Source: Bacteroidales bacterium UBA5515
GTDB lineage: Bacteria; Bacteroidota; Bacteroidia; Bacteroidales; P3
Reading direction: 5' to 3'
NCBI GenBank assembly: GCA_002423895.1
Contig: DIOL01000035.1
Span: 2,161 to 66,160, forward strand
Length of the DNA: 64,000 nucleotides
Made by a program: the position numbers and the translations under genes. The notes under the pieces were generated by a model. That model searched no databases. It was not told the DNA's origin and worked only from the letters and a program-made list of their open reading frames with translations. This document shows positions 45,677 through 56,683 of this stretch, one piece after another. Within the stretch, counting starts at the first letter, position 1, and each line of letters begins with the position of its first letter.

Positions 45677-48088
45677 TTAATCTACCAAAACAATGCTTGG
45701 AATATCAATCATATTTTCAACATAATGGAATGTCAGTCCTTCCAAATAGTCTTTGGTGATGTCCTCAATGTCTCTTCGGTTTTCTTCTGAAAGAATTATA
45801 TCAGTTATCTTTGAACGTTTGGCTGCAAGTATTTTTTCCTTAATGCCACCAACAGCAGTAACCTTACCTCTAAGAGTTATTTCTCCTGTCATTGCAAAAT
45901 TTGAATTGACTTTACGGTTTGTGAATATGCTAACCATTGCAGTAAACATTGTAACTCCTGCAGATGGACCATCTTTTGGCGTTGCTCCTTCGGGAACATG
46001 AATATGCAGGTTTGTTTCTTCAAATCGTGCAGGGTCAATTCCTAATAAATTAGCATGAGCCTTTAAATATTCGTATGCCAAAGTGGCAGATTCTTTCATC
46101 ACATCACCCAAGTTTCCAGTCAAGGTTAGAGTTCCTTTGCCTTTGCTTGTGCTTGCTTCAATGAAAAGTATTTCACCTCCAACCTGAGTCCAGGCTAATC
46201 CAGTAACAACTCCAACAGTATCTTTTTCCAAATGCATATTGTGATCAGCAATTGGAAGTCCCAAGATTTTTTGAAGGCTTTCAACTTTGATAGTCTTTGA
46301 ATATTTTTCTTCTTTTGCCAATTCCACAGCTCTGGAACGAACTAATTTGGCAATCATTTTCTCCAATTGTCTTACGCCAGACTCACGAGTATATTCATTA
46401 ATCACTTTTGAAAGAACTTCATCGGAGATTGTTATTTGAGATTTCTTAAGTCCATGTTCTTTTATCTGTTTTGGGATAAGATGTCTTTTTGCAATTTCCA
46501 TCTTTTCCTCAAAAATATATCCAGAGATGTTAATTACTTCCATTCTGTCAATAAGTGCAGGCTGAACAGTGTTTAATGTGTTGGCAGTTGCCAGGAACAT
46601 AACCCTTGAAAGGTCGTATTCAACATCAAGATAGTTATCGTGGAAAGCAGTGTTTTGTTCTGGGTCCAAAACTTCAAGCATTGCAGAAGAAGGGTCGCCA
46701 TTAACGGTCATTCCAGCAACCTTATCAATCTCATCCAAAACAAAAACAGGATTAGAAGATTTAGCTTTGTTTATAGACTTAAGAATTCTTCCTGGCATTG
46801 CACCAATATAAGTTTTCCTGTGTCCTCTAATTTCGCTTTCGTCATTCAAACCTCCAAGAGCCATTCTTATATAATTTCTACCAATAGCTTTGGCAATAGA
46901 CTTTCCAAGAGAAGTTTTTCCAACTCCAGGAGGGCCAACCAGGCAAAGGATAGGGGATTTCATATCTCCCTTAAGCTTAAGTACGGCAAGATATTCAATA
47001 ATTCTTTCCTTAACTTTCTCTAAACCATAATGGTCAGCATCCAAAATTTCTTTGGCTTTGTGTAAGTCGAAATTATCTTTTGTATACTGGTTCCATGGTA
47101 GTTCAATCATGAAGTTCAAATAGTTCAATTGAACAGAATAATCAGGAGAACTGCTATGCATTCTTTCTAACTTAACAAGTTCCTTGTTGAACACTTCTTC
47201 AATTTCCTTGCTCCAATGTTTTGTTCTTGCTTTATCTCTTAACTCCAAAACAGCTTGTTCAGTTGGATTACCACCAAGTTCTTCTTGAATGGTTTTAAGT
47301 TGTTGAGTTAAGAAATAATCTCTTTGCTGTTTGTCCAAATCCGTAGATACTTTCTTTTGAATTTGCATCTTTACTTCCTGCATTTGAACTTCTTTAGAAA
47401 GGATAGCCAAAACTTTAGTTGCTCTTTTGGTGAAATCATTCACTTCCAAAAGTTTTTGTTTTTCAGCTAAAGGAATTTCCAAATGGGCAGAAATATAGTT
47501 TAAAAGAAAATATGGATTGTTTATATTTTGAACAGCAAAAGAAACATCTGTTGGCATATTAGGAGTAAGCTTAATTAGCTTTAAATAAACGTCCTTCATT
47601 GCTGCAACAAGTGCATTTGCATTCTTAGGAATATTCTTAGCCAGGTCATTATTCAAGCTAACATTTCCCATTAAGAAAGGTTCACTTTGAGTTAAGCTAT
47701 TAAGATTAAAAATATCCAAACCTTGAATAATTACCATGGTAGTTCCATCTGGCATATTCAGAGTTCTAACAACTCTTGCAAGAGTTCCTGTTTTATATAA
47801 ATCATCAAAATCGGGGTCGTCAACATCATTTTTTTGTGCAACAACACCAATTATCAGTTTTTTCTTATATGCTTCTTTTATTAAGTTGATTGATTTCTCT
47901 CTTCCTGCAGTAATTGGCATAACAACACTCGGAAAGAAAACATTACCTCTTAAAGGTAGTATAGGCAGTTCAGAAGGTAAATCCTTAATTCCAAAATCTA
48001 ATGTGTCATCTTCGTTCAATAAAGGAATGAATTCAGGCTCCCCTGCAAACAACTTTGAGAATTCAATCATTTTTTCGTCATAATTCAT
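45677..48088 (-). CDS. lon: ATP-dependent Lon protease
   Basis: LON N-domain, GPPGVGKTS, and a protease domain with PKDGPSAG. Length 803 aa. Confidence 0.95.
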   Translation of the reverse strand: MNYDEKMIEFSKLFAGEPEFIPLLNEDDTLDFGIKDLPSELPILPLRGNVFFPSVVMPITAGREKSINLIKEAYKKKLIIGVVAQKNDVDDPDFDDLYKTGTLARVVRTLNMPDGTTMVIIQGLDIFNLNSLTQSEPFLMGNVSLNNDLAKNIPKNANALVAAMKDVYLKLIKLTPNMPTDVSFAVQNINNPYFLLNYISAHLEIPLAEKQKLLEVNDFTKRATKVLAILSKEVQMQEVKMQIQKKVSTDLDKQQRDYFLTQQLKTIQEELGGNPTEQAVLELRDKARTKHWSKEIEEVFNKELVKLERMHSSSPDYSVQLNYLNFMIELPWNQYTKDNFDLHKAKEILDADHYGLEKVKERIIEYLAVLKLKGDMKSPILCLVGPPGVGKTSLGKSIAKAIGRNYIRMALGGLNDESEIRGHRKTYIGAMPGRILKSINKAKSSNPVFVLDEIDKVAGMTVNGDPSSAMLEVLDPEQNTAFHDNYLDVEYDLSRVMFLATANTLNTVQPALIDRMEVINISGYIFEEKMEIAKRHLIPKQIKEHGLKKSQITISDEVLSKVINEYTRESGVRQLEKMIAKLVRSRAVELAKEEKYSKTIKVESLQKILGLPIADHNMHLEKDTVGVVTGLAWTQVGGEILFIEASTSKGKGTLTLTGNLGDVMKESATLAYEYLKAHANLLGIDPARFEETNLHIHVPEGATPKDGPSAGVTMFTAMVSIFTNRKVNSNFAMTGEITLRGKVTAVGGIKEKILAAKRSKITDIILSEENRRDIEDITKDYLEGLTFHYVENMIDIPSIVLVD

Positions 48089-49270
48089 CTATCGTAGCTT
48101 CTTGTTTTTTAAAGTTTGATTAAATATGTGTTGGAGAATTTTCTTATCTTCATCACTCATTACCAAACCTCTTCTTTGCATCATTCTTTCGTTCACTTCA
48201 ATTGCCTTTTCTAATTCGTAAAGTTTGAGACCAGTATTGGTGCCTCCCCAAGCAAATGAAGGAATGAAATTTCTTTGGTAACCAGCTCCGTAGATGTTAG
48301 AACTTATTCCAACAACTGTCCCTGTGTTAAACATTACATTTATTCCACACTTGGAATGGTCTCCAAAAATCGTACCACAAAAAACTTGACCGGTAGGAAC
48401 AAAGGTATTTTTCTCAATATCAAATAGTCTTACTTCATCGTAAGTATTCTTAAGATTAGATGCATTTGTGTCAGCTCCAAGATTACACCATTCTCCTATG
48501 ACAGAATGTCCTATAAAACCATCATGAGCTTTGTTGGAATATCCAAAAATGACAACACTATCAAGTTCTCCACCAACTTTGGCATAAGGTCCTATTGTTG
48601 TTCCTCCATAAATCTTAGCATTTAGTTTTAAAACAGCATGTTCTCCCATTGCAAAAGGTCCTCTGACAACAGCACCTTCCATAATTTCGGCATTCTTACC
48701 AATATATATAGGGCCATTCTTAGCATTTAAGCTAGCATATTCAATACTTGCACCTTCTTCAACAAAAATATTTTCAGGATTTATAAGGTTATTGGTTGAA
48801 CTTATGGTTTGAGATTTTCTACCCTTTGTTATTAATTCAAAATCTTCTCTAATAGCTCTATCATTATAAACATAAATATCCCATACATTGTTTAATTTAA
48901 TAAAGTCTTCTTCAATTTCAATTTTTTCAATATCATCTCCTTCAGAAATAAAATCTTCTCTGGTTTTACTCATTGCAATAATATTATCATTGCAAACCAA
49001 AACTTGATTTACTGAAAGGTTTTTAATTGCTTGAACTAATTTAGGAGTAGGGCATACTGAACCATTAATTAGTGTCATTGAGTCAGCAAATATGATTGGA
49101 AATTTATTTGAAAGATATTCTTCTGTCAATGTTGATGTTGTTTCGCCCAAGTATTTTTCCCATTTTTCTCTAATTGTAAGAATTCCAATTCTTATATCAC
49201 AAACAGGTCTTATATAAGTAAATGGTTTCAATGATTTTCTTGCAACATCGTCAAAAAGTATGTAACTCAT
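48089..49270 (-). CDS. GlmU-like sugar-phosphate nucleotidyltransferase-like protein with a left-handed beta-helix
   Basis: The C-terminal half carries hexapeptide repeats (IGKNAEI, IGPYAKVGG, IGEWCNLGA). Its stop abuts the lon start codon. Confidence 0.6.
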   Translation of the reverse strand: MSYILFDDVARKSLKPFTYIRPVCDIRIGILTIREKWEKYLGETTSTLTEEYLSNKFPIIFADSMTLINGSVCPTPKLVQAIKNLSVNQVLVCNDNIIAMSKTREDFISEGDDIEKIEIEEDFIKLNNVWDIYVYNDRAIREDFELITKGRKSQTISSTNNLINPENIFVEEGASIEYASLNAKNGPIYIGKNAEIMEGAVVRGPFAMGEHAVLKLNAKIYGGTTIGPYAKVGGELDSVVIFGYSNKAHDGFIGHSVIGEWCNLGADTNASNLKNTYDEVRLFDIEKNTFVPTGQVFCGTIFGDHSKCGINVMFNTGTVVGISSNIYGAGYQRNFIPSFAWGGTNTGLKLYELEKAIEVNERMMQRRGLVMSDEDKKILQHIFNQTLKNKKLR

Positions 49271-49373
49271 AAAAATAGTGTTTAAATTAATTTAATGATA
49301 TAACTAATAATACAACGCAAATATACTTATAATATTTCAAAGAAAAGCTTCTGAGTAGAAATATTTTTAAATA

Positions 49374-49413
49374 ATAAAAAAAGTCTCATCAAATACTTGA
49401 TGAGACTTTTTGT
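49374..49413 (-). terminator. Bidirectional hairpin terminator downstream of rpmE
   Basis: AAGTCTCATCAA/TTGATGAGACTT stem flanked by an A-run and a T-run. Confidence 0.7.
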
Positions 49414-49435
49414 TAAACATATAGTATGTATATAA

Positions 49436-49693
49436 TTACTTAGATGTTTTACGGTTTTTGTACTTGTTCATAAACTTATCAACTCTACCAGCTGTATCCA
49501 CAAGTTTAACCTTACCTGTAAAGAATGGGTGAGATGTGTTTGAGATTTCCATCTTAATTAATGGATAAGTTACTCCATCAATTTCAATTTCATCTTTTGT
49601 ATTTGTACAAGATTTTGTAATAAAAACCTCTTCATTTGACATGTCTTTGAATGCACAAAGACGATAATTTGTTGGGTGAATGTCTTTTTTCAT
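49436..49693 (-). CDS. rpmE: 50S ribosomal protein L31, type B
   Basis: [10 protein letters not shown]... with no CxxC zinc motif, and HPFFTGK. Length 85 aa. Confidence 0.9.
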   Translation of the reverse strand: MKKDIHPTNYRLCAFKDMSNEEVFITKSCTNTKDEIEIDGVTYPLIKMEISNTSHPFFTGKVKLVDTAGRVDKFMNKYKNRKTSK

Positions 49694-49830
49694 ATTCTTT
49701 ATTTTTGCCGTTTATCCATTTATATAAACGGATTGTGTTAATGTATTTCTGTAAAATAACAAATTTTCAGCTTGCAAAGATATAAATAATAATTTATATT
49801 GCAATAGCGTTGATGCAAATTTTATTATTT

Positions 49831-51810
49831 TTAATTTGCTTTATCAGACGCTTCGTCTATCATTTTTAGTTTAGCTTCTTCAAGAGCAATTTCTTTTCTT
49901 GCATTTTCCATCTTCTTCTCAAACTCTGCTTTTAAAATATCAGCTTGTTTTGAATTTGCCAAAAATCCAAGATTGTTCTCCCAAAGTTTTATTTCTTCTT
50001 TTAGTTTTTGAATCTTATCCAACAAGAATCTCTTTTCTTTAGAAACAGATTTATGATCATCGGAATGAGATAATCTTTCTTTAAAAGAATTAAGTTTGAA
50101 CTCTTGAGCATCAATTTGAAGTTTTTCAAAATGAGAATTAATTGCTGCACGAAATTCTTTTTGTAAACGTTCTTTTTCATTTGAAGGAACATATCCAATT
50201 TCTGACCATTGACGTTGGAAATCTTTAATTGCATTAAGATTTTCTTCTTTGTTTTGACCAAATTGAAATTCTTTAACAGCTTTAATCAATGCTTCCTTCT
50301 TTGCAAGGTTTTCTACTTCACTTTCACGATTAGATTGGAAGAATGTAGATTTTCTTTCAAAGAACTTATCACAAGCAGCACGGAAACGAGTCCAAAGCTT
50401 GTCAGCAAGTTTCTTTTGAACATATCCAATATCTTTCCAGTCTTTTTGTAATTGTAAAAGTTCTTGTGTGGCATTTCTCCAATCGTTTCTTTCACTAATT
50501 GCTTCTGCCTTAACACATATTTCAACTTTCTTATTGTAATTTACATCTTGGTCTTCTTTCATTTTTTCGAAAACTACCTTTTTTGCTTCAAAGAAAGTAT
50601 CCAATGAAGATTTAAATCTATTCCAAATAGATTCGTTTTCCTTTTGAGGAACAGCTCCAATAGTTTTCCATAGCTTAAGCATTTCATTCAAATCATTGGA
50701 AGAAGTATTCCATTGAGAAATTGATGTGTGTTCACCTTTAACAATAGCTTCTGCTTTTTCGCAAAGAGCTTGTTTTGCTAAAAGATTATTTTCAAGTTCT
50801 GCTTTTAATGTTTCGTAATATTCTTGACGACGTTTGTTGATTTGATCAGATGCATTCTTAAATCTTTCCCAAATTTCTTCGTTTTTGTCCATTGGAACAC
50901 TTCCAATTTCCTTCCATTGTTGGTGAATTTCTTGCAAAGCTTTAAAAGCAACATTCAATGATGGTTCAATCATTAAACCTTCTGCCTTTTCGCAAAGTTC
51001 AATCTTAGCATCCAAATTACGTTTTAAATCTAAATCTCTAAGTTCACGATTGATTTTAACTTTATCATAGAACTTTTCAATTAAGAAATGGTAGTTTTGC
51101 CATAGTCCATTAACTTCTGAACGGGGAACCTGACCTATTGACTTCCATTTTTCTTGAATAAGGTTGAATTTATCGTAGATTTCTTTTAAACTTTCTTCAG
51201 AATCTAAAAGTAAACGTAATTCTTCTAAAGTTTCATTCTTTTTTGCAACATTATCTTGTTTGATTCTTTCTTGTTCATCAATATAATGTTGTCTTTTTTC
51301 TCTATATAATGAGTAATATTTATTGAACTCAATATCAAGATTATCATCTTCAAATTTGAAGTCTTCTTCAAGTCCACCTTCTTTAAGGAAATTTTCCTTA
51401 GCCTTGTTTCTCAATTCATCAGTAAGGGCTCTAAAAGCATTGCGTACTATATTTGAACGCATCTTCATCTGCTCTATGTTTTGAGAGTTTGCTAATGAGT
51501 TAATTTCTCCCACTAATTCCTCTCTATTCATTTTAGAATAATGAGCAGTTAGCTCTTCAAGAGTTTCTGTTTCTTGATTTTCCAATTCTTCATCATGCTC
51601 TGCAGAAAGTATTTCAGCAGAATAGTCGTTTTGAGCATTGGTTTGATTGTTTTGAGGTTTTGTTTCTTCCTCAGTAGCTGCCTTTGGAGTTTCTTCAGCC
51701 TTAGTTTCTTCAATTTTTTCTTCAACTACATCATTAATTATTTCTTGAGTAGTTTCTTCTGATTGATGTTCCATTTCTGGTAATTCAACATCTTGATTTT
51801 GGTTGTCCAT
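49831..51810 (-). CDS. DUF349 repeat protein
   Basis: Repeated W(K/Q)xIGxVPxxxxExLWxRF helical modules. The ATG at 51810 is preferred over the TTG at 51840. Confidence 0.8.
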   Translation of the reverse strand: MDNQNQDVELPEMEHQSEETTQEIINDVVEEKIEETKAEETPKAATEEETKPQNNQTNAQNDYSAEILSAEHDEELENQETETLEELTAHYSKMNREELVGEINSLANSQNIEQMKMRSNIVRNAFRALTDELRNKAKENFLKEGGLEEDFKFEDDNLDIEFNKYYSLYREKRQHYIDEQERIKQDNVAKKNETLEELRLLLDSEESLKEIYDKFNLIQEKWKSIGQVPRSEVNGLWQNYHFLIEKFYDKVKINRELRDLDLKRNLDAKIELCEKAEGLMIEPSLNVAFKALQEIHQQWKEIGSVPMDKNEEIWERFKNASDQINKRRQEYYETLKAELENNLLAKQALCEKAEAIVKGEHTSISQWNTSSNDLNEMLKLWKTIGAVPQKENESIWNRFKSSLDTFFEAKKVVFEKMKEDQDVNYNKKVEICVKAEAISERNDWRNATQELLQLQKDWKDIGYVQKKLADKLWTRFRAACDKFFERKSTFFQSNRESEVENLAKKEALIKAVKEFQFGQNKEENLNAIKDFQRQWSEIGYVPSNEKERLQKEFRAAINSHFEKLQIDAQEFKLNSFKERLSHSDDHKSVSKEKRFLLDKIQKLKEEIKLWENNLGFLANSKQADILKAEFEKKMENARKEIALEEAKLKMIDEASDKAN

Positions 51811-52000
51811 ATTAATTTGTGTTAGAATGAGTTTTGCCAAAACATAACCTGAGGCAAACTCTTAAATTGGTTAAATCTACATTTATTATAAATTAGTGTT
51901 ATAAAAATATAAGGATGCAAAAATAGTAAAATTTTCTTTTAAACAAATTATTTATAGTATATTTGCAACCACAACTAAAATATAATTTGATAAACATACT

Positions 52001-52795
52001 ATGAAAAAAGCCTTATCAATAATAATTGTAGCATTAATTTGTTTTACACCATCATTTCTATTTTCTCAAAAGAAAGGATTGAAAGTTGAAATAGAAAACA
52101 TTAGCCTTAGAGCTCCAGAACACTATTTAGTTAACAGGACACAAAAGAAGATGTATGGCTTTACTGTTAAACTTTACAATGAAACAAATAATAATCAAGT
52201 TGTAGTTAGTTGCATTAAGAAAGCAATGAACCAAGAGGCAGCAATAATGGAGGCTTCATCCGAAAGAAGTCTTAAGCCAGGATATGAATATATGATTATT
52301 GAAAAAGTTAAATCAAAACCACTTGGAAAATATAATGCCAAATTTGTAGAATACACCAATAGCCCACTTCGAGACTATTTTAGAGGAGGATATTATGGAA
52401 TTATTGATAATGGATATACCTATGTTGTGGAATACTACTCAGTCGACACACCAGAAGACAGGCAAGAGGTAGAGAAAATTCTTTCTTCTCTTAATATACT
52501 TAAACCAGAATCACGTCCTAATTTCTTTGAAGTAGAAAAGGAATACTTAGTTGAGGATGTATCAGTAAAGAAGCCTGAAGAAAATGCTGACGACAGCAAA
52601 ATGGAAGAAGAAGATTCAGCCAAAGAACCAAAGATAGAAAAAAGCAAAAAAGAATCTAAAACCCAAGTTCAAGAGATAACTCATGAAATTCCAGAAGTAG
52701 CTCCAATAGCTGAAATAAAAGATGAACCAACACAAGAAAAGAAATCTTTTTGGACAAAGATAACTTCAATCTTTAAAAAGAAAGATAAGAAATAG
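52001..52795 (+). CDS. Secreted protein with a Glu/Lys-rich tail
   Basis: Signal peptide and a low-complexity acidic/basic C-terminus. Confidence 0.55.
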   Translation: MKKALSIIIVALICFTPSFLFSQKKGLKVEIENISLRAPEHYLVNRTQKKMYGFTVKLYNETNNNQVVVSCIKKAMNQEAAIMEASSERSLKPGYEYMIIEKVKSKPLGKYNAKFVEYTNSPLRDYFRGGYYGIIDNGYTYVVEYYSVDTPEDRQEVEKILSSLNILKPESRPNFFEVEKEYLVEDVSVKKPEENADDSKMEEEDSAKEPKIEKSKKESKTQVQEITHEIPEVAPIAEIKDEPTQEKKSFWTKITSIFKKKDKK

Positions 52796-52927
52796 ACTTG
52801 ATTTGTCTTTCTTTATAGTCATAATTCGATTATTCTTCAAATTATAAGTCCCCCTAAATCTTGCAAGCTGATAATAATTATCAAATAAGCATGCAAAATT
52901 TCTCAAAAAAGCTTATTTCATAAATAA

Positions 52928-53071
52928 AAAGATAGGCTTATAGCATCAAAAAGATAAGATCTTTTGACAAAATAACGGCGTCTTTGACTATTAAAGATCT
53001 CGTTATTTGATTAAAAGATGTCGTTATTTATCCTCAAGATGTTTTTATTTGTGGTAAAGATATAGTAATTT
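52928..53071. repeat. Phased array F: about 7 units related to AAAGATNNCGTTATTT, period 21-22 bp
   Basis: Units start at 52928, 52950, 52970 (inverted: AAATAACGGCGTCTTT), 52993, 53014, 53035 and 53056. Confidence 0.75.
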
Positions 53072-53735
53072 GCACAAATAGAATTGAAATTAACTCCATT
53101 TCTAAAAAAGATTTATTATTAATATTTAATTTCTAAAATCAATAAAGAAGAACAATCTGCTTTTTCTTAAAAAATCTTATTTTAATACTATTTGTGATTG
53201 AAAAGATTCACAAAATGGAAAATTAATTTAATATATTATTAGAGGTAAAAAAACAAGAATATTTCCAATTAAAATTTAAAAATATTTCCAAAAAATTTGT
53301 TTTATAAAAATAAAGATATACATTTGCAACTTGAACTTGAATTTTAATAATAATGATAAGATTATCTAATGTATTATTTTTTAACCCAGCTTATAATAAA
53401 AGATTATTAGCTGTATATTCAAGTTTAATTATTTTAATTTTGACATATCCTATTGTTAATAAATACCTTTATATTAAAATTAATTTCTATTTAAGTATGT
53501 ATGGTATTTTCTATTTGGGGAAGAACAACTTCGTAAAATAAGGAACTTTGGTTGCTTAACTACTCCCAATCTCTTGCCAAAGTTCCATAAATAATAAGCC
53601 CAAGAAGCAAAAGAGAAGCTCAATTTATAATACAGAAATAAAGATATTCACTTTCTACAATTAACTTAACCTTTTCAAAGAATATCTTTAGTTATAAATC
53701 CCCTAAGAGTATTTATTAATTAAAAATTTATAGAG

Positions 53736-54851
53736 ATGAAAAACATCAAAAAAATAATATTCATAGCTTTATTAGCTATATTTGCAGTAGCATGTACAAA
53801 TGAAGAAGATTTTACATCTAATTCTTCAGATACAACATTCAATAAAAAGACTATAATTCAAGGAGAAAGTAATCCTTATGCGTATTTTGAAGATAAAACA
53901 TTTACTGATGTGCAACTTGAAGATATGCTTGGAGTGTTTAATAATGCAGTAAATAATAATAATGTTACAATGCCAGATTATGATATTCCTACTGCATTGG
54001 CAAATATGGAGTTTCATTTTAATTATGGTGTAGTTGTAAAATTACCATATAACAAAGATGCTACTCATTACGATAAGTTAACATTTACCTTTAGTGTGCC
54101 AATTGTAAATAATATTATCAATGGAACTGTACTAAAAAATGCTTATATTAATTTTGTTAATAGTATTATTACACAAATGGCAGGTAAGAATTTAGAATTA
54201 TCCGATATTTATGTGAAAGATTATTCTTCAACGTTAGTCACCTTTGGTTTAGATATGGAACCAATACTTGTGCCTGAAGGAGCCGATGATGCTTATATTC
54301 CAGCCTTTATAAAAGTTAAAGATCTTAATTCAATAACCATACCAGCTGAAGTAACTTCTAGATGGGATAACCTTCCTTCATGGAGTTTAATTCTTCCTCC
54401 TGGTTATCCAAGTGATCCATACTATGAAAGAGCTGCATTTGAATCAGTTGTTAATTATTATTCTTTCGAAAGAATACCGATCAATTATAATGTAGTAGGG
54501 AAAGAACTTATATATGGACATTTTAGAGAAAACTATGATAAAGCAAATGTTAAAGATATGTATGTTTATAATACAGGAAGTACTGTGATTTGGAATAGTC
54601 AATCAATCAATGATTTTGTTAGAGAATCAATAATTCAGGCAAATGTTCTTAATCAATATGCTTCAGATGGTTTTGTTGTTTATAGTTTTGTGCCTGCTGT
54701 ACATTTTACTAAAAATTATGTGACTCCTGAAGGTCTTAAAGATAAGTACCAACTAAGAGTTCAGGATGTTAGATCTGCCAAACTTAGCTATTTAGATATT
54801 AATTCTTTGTTTATGGCCAATGTTACTTCTCCAATGATTGAGATTAATTAA
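53736..54851 (+). CDS. Lipoprotein, unknown function
   Basis: Lipobox FAVAC. A hairpin follows at 54858-54884. Confidence 0.6.
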   Translation: MKNIKKIIFIALLAIFAVACTNEEDFTSNSSDTTFNKKTIIQGESNPYAYFEDKTFTDVQLEDMLGVFNNAVNNNNVTMPDYDIPTALANMEFHFNYGVVVKLPYNKDATHYDKLTFTFSVPIVNNIINGTVLKNAYINFVNSIITQMAGKNLELSDIYVKDYSSTLVTFGLDMEPILVPEGADDAYIPAFIKVKDLNSITIPAEVTSRWDNLPSWSLILPPGYPSDPYYERAAFESVVNYYSFERIPINYNVVGKELIYGHFRENYDKANVKDMYVYNTGSTVIWNSQSINDFVRESIIQANVLNQYASDGFVVYSFVPAVHFTKNYVTPEGLKDKYQLRVQDVRSAKLSYLDINSLFMANVTSPMIEIN

Positions 54852-54857
54852 TTATTA

Positions 54858-54884
54858 GGGGCTAATATTTATTATATTAGCCCC
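54858..54884 (+). terminator. Hairpin after the 53736-54851 lipoprotein gene
   Basis: GGGGCTAATA/TATTAGCCCC stem. The downstream T-run is weak. Confidence 0.5.
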
Positions 54885-54906
54885 TTGTCAATATATAATA
54901 TTTACT

Positions 54907-56394
54907 ATGAAAAATAATATTATTTTGATCCAATTATTATTGATAATAAGTATAGGATTACAAGCACAAACTTTTACAGAAATTTATAGAGGAGATTATT
55001 ACAAGATAAAAGGTATTACAAATGAAGGAAATAATACATTAAATGTTTTTAATAACTTTGATGAAGAAGAACTATTTATTTCTTCTTATGGATATCCTTC
55101 AGATACAATGTTGTATTTTTTAATTAATGATAATTTAGATGTTGTAAAAAGATATGAGTTTAATAGAAATTTCATCTTTCCTTATTTATGTGTTCTGAAT
55201 AATAAAATTTATGGATTGAGAGGAGATTATGTGTGGACTAATTATTACTATATAGAAAATCTATGGCTTTTAATGTATGATAGTGTTGAAAATGTATTGC
55301 ATAAAGATACAATAATGAAATATAATGATGATACATTAAAATGGACAGAGCTCAAACAATGGGTACTTAAAGATAGAAATATAATGTTGTCATTGGAGAG
55401 TTATCCAAAAACGGCAGCAGATCCACTGGAAGGAGGCTCAATAGCAACAAAACTAATAAAGATAGATACATTGGGCAATGTTTTAAAAACAAAGATATTC
55501 TACCATAAATGCTTGACTGTTGATTTTGGAGAAATGCCAAACCATTACATGTATGCCATTAATGGCTCAAATTGGGGTTTGGATTCTATGCAGAAGCAAT
55601 GTGCAGTTTATTATCTCAACAAGGAAACTTTAGAAATAGAAGATAGTATTAAAGGTTATGATGTCCAGCAACTAACACCAATAAATGATTCAATTTTTGC
55701 CTTTACTTATTTTGGAGGCTCAGGTTTTTCAATAAATGATACAATATCTGTTTATAATCTAATGAATATAAATACTAAGAAAGTTACACCAGTAAAAACA
55801 CGTAACTTAAGTTCTTCAGGAAGTAATATGTTTTTTTCAACATATTCTGATTATGAATTGATTGATTTTAAAAGAACAGACTCTATTTATGCAGCCTATA
55901 TTGTAAGATATAGCGGATTAGATTTTAATAATTCAAATATAGAGTTTACAAATTTTAATATAAATGGAGATACAAATTTTACTTTTAAGATAAACTATGA
56001 TAATGGAAAGTTTAAACAGATACAAGGAGTTAAGGCAACAAAAGATGGAGGAGTAATTATTGCCGCATTATCAGATGAAGATGATGCTTGGCTAATAAAA
56101 TTCAAACCAACTGGCTTAATTAATCTAACTAATATTGAAACAGGGGAGAAGGAATCAATAAAAGTTTATCCTAATCCTGCTAAGGATTTTGTTTATGTTG
56201 ATATAGAAGCAACTAATTTTGAAAAGGGAGAAATAGAGTTATATGATATGCAAGGAAAGTTAGTTAAGAAAGCTAAGTTAAGTGCTAAGCTTGGAAATAG
56301 GGTTGATGTTTCTAAGCTTAATGCAGGAGCTTATACTTATAATGTTTCTCTTAATGGAAAAACTATTAGTGGAAAATTTATTGTTGGGAAGTAA
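54907..56394 (+). CDS. Secreted protein with a T9SS C-terminal sorting domain
   Basis: Signal peptide and a C-terminal VYPNPAKDFVYV...GAYTYNV...GKFIV domain. Confidence 0.7.
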   Translation: MKNNIILIQLLLIISIGLQAQTFTEIYRGDYYKIKGITNEGNNTLNVFNNFDEEELFISSYGYPSDTMLYFLINDNLDVVKRYEFNRNFIFPYLCVLNNKIYGLRGDYVWTNYYYIENLWLLMYDSVENVLHKDTIMKYNDDTLKWTELKQWVLKDRNIMLSLESYPKTAADPLEGGSIATKLIKIDTLGNVLKTKIFYHKCLTVDFGEMPNHYMYAINGSNWGLDSMQKQCAVYYLNKETLEIEDSIKGYDVQQLTPINDSIFAFTYFGGSGFSINDTISVYNLMNINTKKVTPVKTRNLSSSGSNMFFSTYSDYELIDFKRTDSIYAAYIVRYSGLDFNNSNIEFTNFNINGDTNFTFKINYDNGKFKQIQGVKATKDGGVIIAALSDEDDAWLIKFKPTGLINLTNIETGEKESIKVYPNPAKDFVYVDIEATNFEKGEIELYDMQGKLVKKAKLSAKLGNRVDVSKLNAGAYTYNVSLNGKTISGKFIVGK

Positions 56395-56432
56395 GTAATC
56401 CAAATTTGTTTTTTCTTTAATTATCTATACTT

Positions 56433-56520
56433 AAATCCAAATTACGCAGTAGAAATTTTCATTAGGCTATGGGATTATCCTATTGTTCTATCTGTAAAAT
56501 TTACTGCATAATTTGGATTT
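56433..56520. repeat. Long inverted repeat (about 26-bp arms, about 36-nt loop) downstream of the T9SS gene and left of array G
   Basis: AAATCCAAATTACGCAGTAGAAATTTT at 56433-56459 pairs with AAAATTTACTGCATAATTTGGATTT at 56496-56520. Confidence 0.8.
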
Positions 56521-56580
56521 TATTTGATATAAGTGTACCAAATCCTTATTACAGTTTAAAAATATAAGATATAAATTTCG

Positions 56581-56683
56581 TATGGTACGACCATAATGCA
56601 ATTATGGTCGTACCATAACTTAGTTATCATGCCACCATAAACTCATTATGGTACGACCATAACTAAATTATCATGACACCATA
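56581..56683. repeat. Phased palindrome array G: 5 units of TATGGTACGACCATA / TATCATGCCACCATA, period exactly 22 bp with a 44-bp higher-order repeat
   Basis: Dyad centres lie at 56588, 56610, 56632, 56654 and 56676. The ACG/CGT centre flips between units. Confidence 0.9.

Noticed and set aside
53353-53541. 62-aa hydrophobic ORF downstream of the 53319 promoter box
   Set aside because: It could be a real small membrane peptide, but the composition is typical of random AT-rich ORFs and I cannot assess conservation. Left uncalled.
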